The notes: generated by a model from the sequence alone, not told the origin. A stretch of DNA of 64,000 nt from Octopus sinensis (GCF_006345805.1 NC_043001.1:101308001-101372000); one strand, 5' to 3'; shown: positions 12,216 through 25,006, counted from the first letter of the stretch. Made by a program: numbers and translations.

Positions 12216-12670
12216 ATAGTGCTACTACTACTTATGCTGCTGCTGCCGGTGGTGTTGCTGGTGTTACTGTTGCTGCTGGTGCTGCTGCTGCTGCTACATG
12301 TGATGTGATTAATGATGGAGAATTGGTTGAGGAAATGATTTTGATAAAGTCAGGGATGGGTGGGGAAGTCACAGGGGGAGGAGTGGATAATGATGATGAT
12401 GATGATGATGATGTTGATGATGTTATGATGATGATGTTATGATGACAAGATGATGACAACAACAACAACAATGGCAGTGGTGAAGGTGGCAGTTGCTGTG
12501 ATGATGATACAAACAACCCCACAACCAAGATAAAAAATGATGTCAGCAGCTGCAATGTTGTTGTTGTTCTTGGTGGTGGTGGTGGTGGTGGCAGCGGCGG
12601 TAGTGGTGGTAGTGGTGGTGGTGGTGGTGATAATGATGATGGACTCCAAGGTGTTGTTGATGTTGTTATA
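12160..12670. repeat. Compound trinucleotide low-complexity block (GCT/GAT/GGT/AAC)n
   Basis: Consecutive triplet runs. The overlapping ORFs are homopolymeric artefacts. Confidence 0.85.
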
Positions 12671-13107
12671 TGAAACTGACATTGTCCCCCCCTCGCCCCC
12701 CCCCGCCCACCTGGCCCCAAAATGTTCCTTTTGTTTTTTTTTTTTACTTTAGTCTATTTGAAGACTAAACTATATTATTCAGTCTATTTATTTGTCCCCT
12801 TCTTAAAATGGAAGGGGTGAACTTTGACGGGGTTTGGATGATAATTCCATCAGGGGTCAGTGGAACTGCTGGGAGCCACTCTCTCTCCAGAGACAAAGCG
12901 GTCAATCAAGGCGGATGGAGGCAGTGGCGGAGTGTCTGACAAAAGTGGTGGTCATGGTGGGGTTGGGGGTGGTGAGATTGATAGTGTTACTGATTAAAGT
13001 TTGTGACTTAATAGAGGTAGCAACAATAAGGTTCACAAAACAAACATAGTAATTATGATGTTTGTGGTGGTGGTGATGATGATGATGATGATGAAGATGG
13101 TGATGGT

Positions 13108-13138
<31 letters not shown>

Positions 13139-13369
13139 AACAAATTAAACCATTTATCAAAATGAGTATGAGAAAAGGTGAAAGGATCTGATGGCATTAA
13201 TGAAACTATGATGATGACAAACAGGGAGGTGACGGTGATGATACAATTGTCCTGGATGAAGATGAAGATGATGATGATGTTTGTGGTGGTGGTGGTGGTG
13301 GTGGTAGTGGTGATGATAATGATGATGCTGATGATGATGATATATATGTATGTATGTATGTATATATAT

Positions 13370-13770
13370 AGGCACAGGAGTGGCTGTGTGGTAAGTAGCT
13401 TGTTTACCAACCACATGGTTCCGGGTTCAGTCCCACTGCGTGGCACCTTGGGCAAGTGTCTTCTACTATAGCCTCGGGCCGACCAAAGCCTTGTGAGTGG
13501 ATTCGGTTGACGGAAACTGAAAGAAGCCCATCATATATATGTATATATATATATATATATGTATGCGTGTGTGTATTTGTGTGTCTGTGTTTGTCCCCCT
13601 AGCATTGGGGGATGCTCGTGTGTTTATGTCCCCGTTACTTAGCGGTTCGGCAAAAGAGACCGATAGAATAAGTACTGGGCTTACAAAAGAATAAGTCCTG
13701 GGGTCGAGTTGCTCGATTAAAGGCGGTGCTCCAGCATGGCCGCAGTCAAATGACTGAAACGAGTAAAAGA
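13370..13770 (+). mobile_element. SINE family A, complete, low divergence
   Basis: Full head with A and B boxes, short (TA/TG)n spacer and full 3' half ending GACTGAAACGAGTAAAAGAG. Confidence 0.9.
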
Positions 13771-13779
13771 GTATATATA

Positions 13780-13952
13780 TAGGTGTAGACGTGGCTGTGT
13801 TGTAAAAAGCTTGCTACTGAACCCCATGGTTCCAGGTTCAGTCACAGTGTGTGGTACTCTGTATTCTACTCTAGCCTTCGGCTAACCAAAGCCTTATGAG
13901 TGCATTTGATAGAAGGAAACTGAAAGTAGCCCACCATATGGGTATACATATA

Positions 13953-14032
<80 letters not shown>

Positions 14033-15010
14033 TGTATTTATGTATGTATGTATGTAAGTATGTATGTATGTATGTACAGGATGTATGTACAGTATGTATG
14101 TATGCATGTACGTATGTATGTAAGTATGTATGTATGTATGAATGTATGTATGTATATATGCATGTGTGTATGTATGTATGTATGTATGAATGTATGTTTG
14201 TATGAATGTATGTATGTAAGTATGTATGTATGTATGTATGTATGTACAGTATGTATGTACAGTATGTATGTATGTATGTATGTATGTATGTATGTATGTA
14301 TGTATGTATGTATGTATCTATGAATGTATGTATGTAAGTATGTATGTATGTATGTATGTACAGTATGTATGTACAGTATGTATGTACAGTATGTATGTAT
14401 GCATGTATGTATGTAAGTATGTATGTATGTATGTATGAATGTATGTATGTATGTATATATGCATGTATGTATGTATGTATGTATGTATGTATGTATGTAT
14501 GTATGTATGTATGTATGTATGTATGCATGCATATATGTATGTATGTATATATGCATGTATGTATGTATGTATGTATGTATGTATGTGTATGTATGTATGT
14601 ATGTATGTATGTATGCTTGTATATATGTATGTATATATGCATGCATGTATGTATGTATGTGTATGTATGTATGTATGTATGTATGTATGTATGCCTGTAT
14701 ATATGTATGTATGTATATATGCATGCATGTATGTATGTATGTATGTATGTATGTATGTATGTATGTATGTATGTGTATGTATGTATGTATGTATGTATGT
14801 GTGTGTGGGGGGTGTATGTGGCTGTGTTTGTTTCCCACTACTGTTTTACAACCGGTGTTGGTGTGATTACATCCCTGTAACTTAACAGTTCAGCAAAAGA
14901 GAGAGATAAAATTTTTGCTTAAATACTGATGGTGTCAGTTCCTTCATTTGGCTAAAGTTTTTAACAGTGGTACCCCAGCATGGCCGCCACAGCAAGATGA
15001 CTGAAACAAG
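13780..15010 (+). mobile_element. SINE family A with about 850-bp expanded internal microsatellite
   Basis: Head at 13780-13940, (TA)n/(ATGT)n at about 13950-14800, 3' half at 14810-15010. Confidence 0.8.
14005..14780. repeat. (ATGT)n tetranucleotide array
   Basis: Directly visible, with recurring interruptions (GTACA, GCAT, GTAA, GAAT). Confidence 0.95.
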
Positions 15011-15038
15011 CAGAAGACAGACAAACAAGAACATATAT

Positions 15039-15098
<60 letters not shown>

Positions 15099-15183
15099 AG
15101 GTGTGTACGAGTAACGCACAGCCATTAGCACTGAGTCTGCTACTCAGAAGCGATCATCACCGGAGAGTGAAATAAAGAATATC

Positions 15184-15215
<32 letters not shown>

Positions 15216-15893
15216 GCCATAGACAAGTCAGCCTGACAAGTTAGGACGCAAAGTTAATAAGCTCCCAGGGGCAATTTATTGGCACGAGTTGTTAGGTGTC
15301 TTTTTTCTCTTCATTTTGCATCCTCTATTTCATAAATGTCAATATGAATAATGGTCTCCTCTATCTCCTTATCTATTATTTTCTCCATCTTTTCCTTCAC
15401 TCTCTCTTTCTCTTTTTTCTCTTTTTCTCCTTCTTTGTTGCTGTCTCTTTTTTCCCCCTCTTTTCTTTCCTCCTCCTCCTCCTTCTCCTCCTACTGCTCC
15501 GTTCTTCCCCATTCATTTTCTTACCCTCCACCACCAACACCATCCGCTCCCCATCTCTCTTTCTCATTGCTAATCATCATTTATTTATAACGAAACTAGA
15601 ATAATTACATTTTAATCATTAACAAAAAACAAATTGAGAGGAAATGTGGAATAAGTGTAATCAGTATATATCTTTGTGTGCGTGTGTGTCTTTGCATGTG
15701 TGTATGCGTATACACACACATACAGAACTATATATATAAATATATATACACATGGGTAAGTGTGTGCATGTGTATGCATGCATTATGGATATGTGACTGT
15801 ATATATATAAATATGTGTGAGTGTGTGTGTGTGTGTGTGTGTGAATCTATATGTATATATATGTTTGTGTGTGTATGTATATATATATACATT

Positions 15894-15950
<57 letters not shown>

Positions 15951-17071
15951 CATTATACATTATATATATATTATATATATATATATTATATATATGTATA
16001 TTGTATATATAATTATATATGCATATATGTGTGTGTGTGTATGTGTGTGTGTGAGTGTGTGTGTATATACACAAACATATATACACACACAGAGAACAGA
16101 TGTTAAAGGATGGCAACAATGATGATATCAATGATGATGATGATCTAGATATAAACACACACACACACAGTCAAAGCTGCTTATTGTCATCAGTTGAGAT
16201 GAAGCCTTTTTGATAATAATAACCTGCTGATAACATTAAACAGGAAATACAAGAGTACCTGGAACTTTCCATTCTTATGTAAATACTTTCCAATTCATTT
16301 TGAAGAAACTCGCTCCCACTAATTTTGATAACAATAACCATCTGATAACATTATGCCAATGAATAACCACAAGCAAGCTATTTCTGCACACTCTCTGGTC
16401 GAACTTAGGGCCTCAGAACTTCCCCTGCCAGTAGTAATAAAAAGTGCTGGTACCTCTATTCCACCAGCACAACTGACTCTCCATGACCATCACTATGCAT
16501 ATGCTCGGCTTATATACAGTGGTGGACTGGCCAGGTTGCCAGCTTGCCCGATGACAAGTGGGCCCCTGCACCATTAGAATCCATATATGGGGGATATATA
16601 ATCCATATATGTTAGTATCTAAGGGCCCATCCCCTCAACTTTGAGAATTTTTTATTCATTCCTGGAAGAATGCATTAATTATTTTAGCCTGGCTGTGTTT
16701 GTAGACAGTTGAAAAGAATACTTTTAGCAAAAAAAAAAAAAATAAATAAATGATACCATTGTAGTTGTGGGTGGGCCCCCTTAGTCTCCTGGCAACCAAT
16801 ATTTTTGGACCCAAAACAAAGGCCTGTTATATAGATAACAGGCCTTTGTTTTGCATTTTGGTTTTCTTATGTAATGCATCAACAGTGATGGTCGTGTCGA
16901 GGTTTACTTTAAATGTCTGGTAACAATGTCTTGCACTTTGATGTGACTAAACCAATAATTATTGAGAGCTAAGTGAAGACCCTCTAATTTTGCTAACAAT
17001 AAGTGTTGGATAATATCATTCCGGATTATAATAAGCAGCTTCCACTGTAAATATATATATATATACATATG

Positions 17072-17394
17072 TATCACTGTGATCACCGTGATCACTGTGA
17101 CCAACCAGGCTATCAGATGTTGCTACACATCGTTGGTCACAATGCGCTTTGCATTGTTTTAGCCTTCAAATGACGCCACCCCGCTGGCTAAGTGAGCAGG
17201 CCAATGGAAGAAAGAGTGAGAGAAAGTTGTGGCGAAAAAGTACAGCAGGGATCGCCACTCCCCACTGCCGGAGCCTCGTGGAGCTTTAGGTGTTTTCACT
17301 CAATAAACACTCACAACACCCGTTCTTTGAATTGAAACCGCGATCCTACGACCGTGAGTACTGCTGCCCTAACCACTGGACCATTGCGCCTCCA
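17072..17394 (-). mobile_element. tRNA-derived SINE, family C
   Basis: Minus-strand head GGAGGCGCAATGGTCCAGTGGTTAGGGCAGC...GGTTTCAATTC and a short tandem (TGATCACNG)n tail. Related to 50822-51123. Confidence 0.75.
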
Positions 17395-18674
17395 TATATA
17401 TATATATATATACTATTTATCTTATATTAAACTTTTTAATACTTTTTGATAGTTATATATATTTAATAAAAAAATAAATAAAAATTTTAAAAATTTAAAA
17501 AATAAAAAAATAAAAAAAATTAAAATAAATAAATAATAAAAAAATAAAAATTAAAAAATTTATAAATATGAATTAATAATTTTAATTTTAAATTTAAATA
17601 ATTTTAATTTTTAAATTTTATATTTTATATGTTTTGTATATTATATTAATTATTTTTATTTTTATGCTTTGGTTTATGTTTTTCATTGTTTGATTTGCCT
17701 AATAGTGGTTTTATCTCTAATTTAATTTATATATATGTAACTTTGTCTGTATCCTCCACCACTGCCTCCTCTTCATCATCACCATCATCATCATTATCAT
17801 CATTATGGCTTGGATAGTCAGGTCTTCACAGCCTGAGTTAGTTCTTAGAATTATGACAATTATAGTTTCGTTAGAAGACCTTGTCTCACCCATTGATGCT
17901 ACTTTCGTCATGTGTTGACAATAAAACTGTTTTCTTTCTTTTATCATATTTACTATACACAATGTAGATTAAGGGGCTACGAAGAAGAGGACACAGGTGG
18001 TGGGGAGGGGGTGATTGGCCCTTATAGCACTGATTCACATTATCATAAATAGATTTTAAAACAAGTAAGGTCAGGCTTTCATTAACTGACTCATATAAAC
18101 ATTGTCACATTAAAATTTAATATGATGACTTTCAGTTGTAAAATTTAAAAACATGAAAAATACCCACAAGAATTATTTTGGGTATTGATCAATTGTATTG
18201 ATTCAATGTACATTAATTTTGCCTCCAGCATCTTCTATTATGGCATTAAAGTCTGATAACAGTGTGAATTGTGTTCCACTGTAGTGAACAGCTAATCTGT
18301 TGGGATTGAGATCACAAGTTTACCAGTTAGAATTATTATTACGGATAAAAGTTTGGTATTTCTTTAGTTCTAACTCTGAAGAAGAAGGTTTTAATAGCAC
18401 ATCTCCTCTGGGTTGGGGGAATTTGTGAGAAGAGAGTGGCCATGTGTATTTTTCATCATTTGTCCTTTAAGACCTCAGCAATGAATGAAAATGAGAATGG
18501 AACAAAACAACGCAGTTAACTTAGAGAATTAAGCGTTAATTCTTCTATTCCTGAGAAAGGAAAAAAAAAAAACACAACAAATACTGGAGACAAATTTAAA
18601 AAGGATGTTTATCAGGAATTTGTGTTAAATATTGAAAGGTAATTAATATGCTATCATTGTATAATGATAGTGCG

Positions 18675-18902
18675 TTAACACTTGATACCAACCCGGCCGA
18701 AACCGCCTCTGGCTCTGTACTACAAATGTCTTGTTTTCATAAGTTCTGAATTAAAATCTTCCACCAAACCTTAGTCACAATTTATCTTCCTAACACTAGC
18801 TTAATGATAACTAAGTTATATTACTGAATTCTTTGTTATATTTAAAATGAACTGAAAGAAACACAGAGGATCTTAACAGACATACAGTAACAAAAAGGTT
18901 AA
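18675..18902. mobile_element. piggyBac-type MITE, tandem copy 1
   Basis: TTAACACTTGATACC ... AGTAACAAAAAGGTTAA. Confidence 0.7.
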
Positions 18903-18925
18903 AATATATAATAGAGAAACAATTC

Positions 18926-19145
18926 TTAACCTTTTTGATACCAACCCGGCTGAAACTGGCTCTGGCTCTGAGTACAAATGTCTTGTTTTCATAAGTTTTG
19001 GATTAAAATTTTCCACCAAACCTTAGTCACAATCTATGTTCCTAACACTAGCTGAATGATAATTGAGTTATTTTACTAAATTCTTTGAAATTAATTGAAA
19101 GAAACACTGAGTATCTCAACAGAAATATGGTAACAAAAGGGTTAA
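18926..19145. mobile_element. piggyBac-type MITE, tandem copy 2
   Basis: TTAACCTTTTTGATACC ... GGTAACAAAAGGGTTAA, colinear with copy 1. Confidence 0.8.
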
Positions 19146-19194
19146 AGGTGACCAGCGTGGAGAACAGACATTGAATGATGATGGTGGTGGTGAT

Positions 19195-19640
19195 CATCAT
19201 CATCATCATCGTTTAATGTCCGCCTTCCATGCTAGCATAGGTTGGACGATTTTGACTGAGGGCTGGCAAACCAGATGGTTGCACCAGGCTCCAATCTTGA
19301 TCTGGCAGAGTTTCTACAGCTGCATGCCCTTCCTAATGCCAACCACTCCAAGAGTGTAGTGGGTGCTTTTACATGCCACCGGCACGGACGCAAGTCAGGC
19401 AGTACTGGCAATGACCTCACTTGAATCTTTTTACACATGCTACAGGCACAGGTGCCAGTAAAGCGACATTGGTAACGATCACGCTTGAATGGTGCCCTTT
19501 TGCGTGCCACCGGCACAGAAGCCAGTTAGCCGCTCTGGCAACGATCATGCTCGGAGGGTGCTCTTGGCACCCTACTAGCACAGGCACAAGTGCCAGTAAG
19601 TCGACGCTGGTAACAATCACACTCGAATGGTGCCTTTTAT
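19195..19640 (-). mobile_element. Family G retroposon with about 4 diverged VNTR units
   Basis: (CAT)n tail, family G body and repeated GAATGGTGCCYTTT..GTGCC units. Confidence 0.8.
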
Positions 19641-20184
19641 GTGCCTTTTATGTTCACAAATATTCATCCACATATCCTAATACACATACAAACTGTGACC
19701 TGCTACAATAAATCAGGCAGTTTGCCCTCAAATCACAAAGCCACACATTAAACCCTTTTTAGCTCTGTGACCTTTTTGATGAGATAGCAAAAAAAAAAAG
19801 GAAAAGAACTTGATGCTAATTATCAAAACCAAAAGAAGGGGCAGGTATTTTGAGGCCAATGCATCACCTGTGCCATTACTTGTGTCACAGACTACCTTCA
19901 GCTTTTCTTATCCAAAAAGGTTCGTCATCCTAGTATTTACTTGCTATTATTTATATAGCTTATGCGCTTCAAGAAACAATTCCATTTACATTGCTGAGTT
20001 TGATACATTGGTCTGGCAATGAGTGCTAAAAAGTAATAGTTTTCAACTGGGGTCCACGTGGCCTTTAGGGGTCCTTATAAGAGTTTGTTGCTAAAATTTG
20101 TGTGCAATAAATTGTTTATACTTCTTCAATACAAGTAAATATTTCAACAATTCTTTCTGTACACTTCCTAATAATATTTAAACA

Positions 20185-20346
20185 TAAGGCACAGGAGTGG
20201 CTGTGTGGTAAGTAGCTTGCTTACCAACCACATGGTTCCGGGTTCAGTCCCACTGCATGGCACCTTGGGCAAGTGTCTTTTACTATAACTTCCGCTGGCC
20301 AAAGCCTTGAGAGTGGATTTGGTAGACGGAAGCTGAAAGAAGCCCG

Positions 20347-20392
<46 letters not shown>

Positions 20393-20885
20393 ATACAAAT
20401 GGAACAAAAACGCAATAGAGGACATTAAAACATTTGGATAGATAGATGATACAAAGGTGGACAAGAGAAACAACAATTAGAAGGACAGGCAAAAAGAGAC
20501 GAGTCATTCATGGCTTTCTTTCCTCAGTCAAGTTCCAGAAGTCACGAACATTTCAGACAGTTACACTTGAGACGTTTCAATCTGGTTGCCCCCAAAAAAG
20601 TTTAAGCTAATAGCATTAGACCCCTTTGTAAGAAAGCTAGCAAATGTGTGCAGCAGCAAGGCCAAAAAAGTAAACAAACAAAAAAACGGGGAACATGGTA
20701 CGTCCCCCTAACATCGCTTGACAACAGATGTTGGTGTGTTTATGTCCCCGTAACTTAGCAGTTTGGCAAAAGAGACCGATAGAATAAGCAACAAGGCTTA
20801 CAAAAAATAACCTCTGGGGTCAATTTGCTCAACTAAAGGTGGTGTTCCAGCATGGCCACAGTCAAATGACTGAAACAAATAAAAT
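20185..20885 (+). mobile_element. SINE family A with a PLE-like insertion in its (TA)n spacer
   Basis: Head at 20185-20350, unrelated insert at about 20390-20700, 3' half at 20700-20885. Confidence 0.8.
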
Positions 20886-21454
20886 AATAATAATATAAAA
20901 GGGTTTTTTAAAAAGGGCTGAGAAGCACAGCTACAGGGGTTAAATAACAACAGGACACATTTTATACTTCAAAACTTATGGGATGGTCATATCTGGAACA
21001 CGTTTTGTCATAGATTTGCTCGGTCAGGTTTGACGTGGAGCTAAAAGAAGCAAGACAGAATTTTCGATTTCAGTTGTGTAGTATATTCTTGGACGCGGTC
21101 TCCATCTTATGAAATGTCGATGACTCATGATAAAACACTTATAGCATTGAACATCATCATAAATCATGAATTATCTAAGAGGCAATTCACACAGCAGCCA
21201 TTAAGACTAAATATACCCTGGACAACTATTTTGTGTGTACTTCACATTAAGTGTTTCCCCTCCACCATTGCTAAATGATGGGCCAATGAGACGGTCTCTA
21301 CATGATTACAAAACCGGCTAGAAATAACAGTCAAATCACCTTCACATATCACTTCCCTATTTTGAATGATTAAGAAACAAATGTATTGTGTAATCTAATG
21401 TAGTCCTAGATACACTATGACAGAAAGGAACAATAATATTGTCACAGCTGGAAC

Positions 21455-21615
21455 TTCTAGCATAGCTAGGGGTGGCAGAGGAGGTCCACTCTGGGCGGCA
21501 CTTTTAAAGGGGCATCACTTCTGAGTCTGCTGTAGGCAATATGTGTTTTTGTGGGGTCTGGGGGCGGCAAACGGAAGGGTCACCCTAGGTGGCACACACT
21601 CTAGCTATGCTAGTG
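21455..21615. mobile_element. hAT-type MITE
   Basis: Inverted termini CTAGCATAGCTAG (21457-21469) and CTAGCTATGCTAG (21601-21613). 8-bp target duplication GCTGGAAC (21447-21454) versus GCAGGAAC (21616-21623). Confidence 0.75.
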
Positions 21616-22129
21616 GCAGGAACGTCTTTGATCATTGGTCTACTCGATCAGGTCTGACCCGGGGCTAACTAACAGTAACAACAACAGCAACAACAACTTG
21701 CTAATGACCAGTTAATTCTTATACTAATTTGCAAGTTAACACAAACTCTATACAACATGAAACCAAAGACTGAAAAAGCTGTCTTCTAATTAGAAAAATT
21801 ACTTGAGATCTATTGGAAACATTTTGGAGTCGTCTCTATTGGCATTAATTACCAGAACTTCTGTAATATTCCTGTGTTGCTATGGTAATTTGTTGCAAGA
21901 TTGAAATATTAATAAATGTCTTTTACTTATTAAGGAAAATGGTGAGGTATTATATTTTAGCTTTTTCTATTTTTAATTCTTTAACTCTTGGCTTTTTTTT
22001 TTATTATTTTCAAATTTTCTTTCTGTATCTTGTATAACACTTCCTTCAGAAATGTTATTAAAGCAAAGAACAGCATTGGTTTACTTTGAGGAGGAGGTAG
22101 GGGAAGAGATGGAGGAGAAGAGGCAACCT

Positions 22130-22168
<39 letters not shown>

Positions 22169-22262
22169 TGCGAGTATGTACATGCATGCATGTGTTTACA
22201 CATGTGTAAGTGTATGTATCTCTTTAGATATGTGTATGTATGCACGTAAATGTGTATCTGTG

Positions 22263-22299
<37 letters not shown>

Positions 22300-22775
22300 A
22301 TATGTGTGTGCATATATATATGTCTGCGTATATATGTATATAGATCTGTATATTTGTGTGTGCATGCATGTGTGTGTATATGTGCAGATGTGTGTATGTG
22401 TATATACATGTGTATGAGTGTGTGTGTATGTATGTGTGTGTGTATGCAAGTGTGTATGTATGTGTGCGTGTGCATGTTTGCGTGTGCTTATGTGTTTATA
22501 TGTATATATGTGTATGTGCACATCTGCATATATGTGTGTGTATATATATATATATATATGTCTGTGTATATATGAATATAGATCTGTATATGTACCTGCA
22601 TGCTTGTATATATATATATATATATGTGTGTGTGCATGGATGTATGTGTGTGTGTGTGTACAGATGCAGATGTGTGTATGTCTATATATATATGTGTATG
22701 AGCGTGCGTGTATGTATGTGTGTGTGCATGTGCATGCATGTGTATATGTATGTGTGTATGCGCATGCACGCGTGT
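22130..22775. repeat. Degenerate (TG/TA)n microsatellite block
   Basis: Alternating purine-pyrimidine dinucleotides over about 650 bp. Confidence 0.9.
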
Positions 22776-23269
22776 TAATCATTATCCGAGTAAGACATAA
22801 ATTTATTGCTGAAGTTTTTTTGTTTTTCTTCAATGATTTCTTTCAAAATATATTTGAATTGAAATAAGTAACCATTTCACCTCTGACTTTCTATTAATTC
22901 TTGTGAAATATTTTGGCCAACTTGCTTCCCCACCCCCACCCCCACTGTCTGTACCCCACTCACTATTCTGGTTGTCTGGATGTAATTGAAATGTTATCAT
23001 CCTAGCTTTATTTATTCTACACCTCTAACTACCATCTTATGACAGTGTGAGAGATGAAAGGTGACTCTACAGTGGCTACTCAATGTCCTAGAAATAACAG
23101 CCAAATTCCCTTCAAAACACACCTAATTGATATAAATAAGAAAGTACATATTAAGCGGCCTTACAGTTGGTTTGCCTTTGATTCTAGCTCTGCTTGACCA
23201 GAGGTGGCTTTAGGCTTGACAGCAACAACTACACCAACACCAACTGAGGGATACATTAGGTAGCTTAGG

Positions 23270-23500
23270 TGGTGGGAGCTGGCAGAAACATTAGCACGCT
23301 GGATGAAATGCGTAGCCATATTTTGTCTGCCGTTACGTTCTGAGTTCAAATTCTGCCGAGGTCGACTTTGCCTTTCATCCATTCGGGGTCAATTAAATAA
23401 GTACCAGTTACGCACTGGAGTCGATGTAATCGACTTAATCCCCTTGTCTGTCCTTGTTTGTCCTCTCTGTGTTTAGCCCCTTGTGGGTAGTAAAGAAATA
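23270..23500 (+). mobile_element. SINE family B
   Basis: GAGCTGGCAGAAACATTAGCACGC...GAGTTCAAATTC...GGTCGACTTTGCCTTTCATCC...TTTAGCCCCTTGTGGG. Confidence 0.85.
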
Positions 23501-24856
23501 TACATTAGATAGTTTCATCTTAAAGACCCCCATCACTGACTAAAAAGTCAGGTGGTTTTCACTTCAAACCTTTTGTTCATAGATCTACTCTGCTAAGATT
23601 TTAGAAGTGGAAGAAATCAAGATAGACCATTCTAAGCCATAAGCTACAACCAAAAATTTAAAACTAAATATGTATGTATTCAGAAAGAGATTGAGTTTCT
23701 CATTAGAAAATAAGTTATTGAGCAAATAGACTTTTGGTAAATTTCTGGTAGAGCCTATATAATAACTGTGTGAATTCTGAGTTCATAAATACAATTATTT
23801 GTCACATTATATATCACAGTCCACTCTGCTAAGTGGTTGGTGTTAGGAAGGGCATCCAGCTGTAAAAATCCTGCCAAAACAGTTAGAGAAGTCTGGTGCA
23901 GGTTCCTGCTTGGCTGGCTCTTATCAAATTGTCCCACCCATGCCAGCATGGAAAACGGATGTTAAATGATGATGCTGAGGAATTCTGCCTTCATAGGCAA
24001 TGATGCTTATTATGCTTATAATTACTATTTGTGGGCAATTATCAGTTACACTACAGTTACATCCCAACATTTCATCTTTATTCAAATGTTTATTAGCAAG
24101 TAAGTTGCCATTTAGTTTTCTTTTCTGTTAATGTTTGATACCAGCAATTTTTTGCACATTTACTTTTATAATTTATTTAATATTATTATAACAACTAAAT
24201 ACTGACTTACTGGTTCAACTAATTCTGTGAATTTTTAAATAAGTAAAATTATTCCTTCTCACTTTTGGAAGTTTTGCTAGAATTCAACTTCTCTAAGGAA
24301 AAGGAAAACAAGTTACCAAAATCTGGATTTAAATTAAGACTTCCAAGATTGTTAATAGTAGTATAGTAGAGTTTACAAGTGGATCAACCAATAGCTTCCC
24401 AGATTCTAGGCCAGGATTCAAAACTGTATCTACATTTTCCTACAAGTTCTCTTTCAACTGTTCTTACTTTTTTGCACTTGGAAATTTATGAGGCCAACTG
24501 TCACTCTTAGTTAGGTTCTATTGATCAAAGTAACATTCTTGGGTTAAATACAGTTCAAGAGAGATAAACTCATTATTTTCCATTGTTCTCTGACCTATAT
24601 CCAGTTTTCTTAGCTTATATAAATACAGTGACCAAATCCAGTTTCTTCCTGTTATTTATTCAGTACATACCATCATTACACAAGTATTAGATGCTGCTAT
24701 AATAGAAGACCATAATAATTTGGCAGTTGACACATTAAAACATTTTGTGGTATTTATGCTGAGGGGAGAACTTACATTTGAGCATATTTTGATATTCGGC
24801 ACTGAGTTGTTTTTTTACTTTCATGAAGAATTGAATATTATACCATGCAATTTTTT

Positions 24857-25006
24857 ACATATTTACATTTGACGGATATTTGTCCTCATCGTGTTAGTCG
24901 GTGACTCAACGTTTCGGTTGATATACCCTCCAGCCTTCTTCAGGAGTCTTGGGAAAATTTCAAACCTAGGTTCTCATTCCAAAAGTATTTTTCGATCTTA
25001 TTATTA

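Noticed and set aside
13866-14885. Long YIHT/MYVC ORFs
   Set aside because: They are translations of the (ATGT)n microsatellite.
15260-15273. 14-nt match AGCTCCCAGGGGCA (COE/EBF-like site) also at about 42879
   Set aside because: A 14-mer match between two sites in 64 kb is not clearly beyond chance, and there is no further flanking similarity.
16353-16577. ORF containing a DHHY (HCF-binding-like) motif
   Set aside because: In-frame stop just upstream, no good splice sites, and a 4-residue motif is expected by chance.
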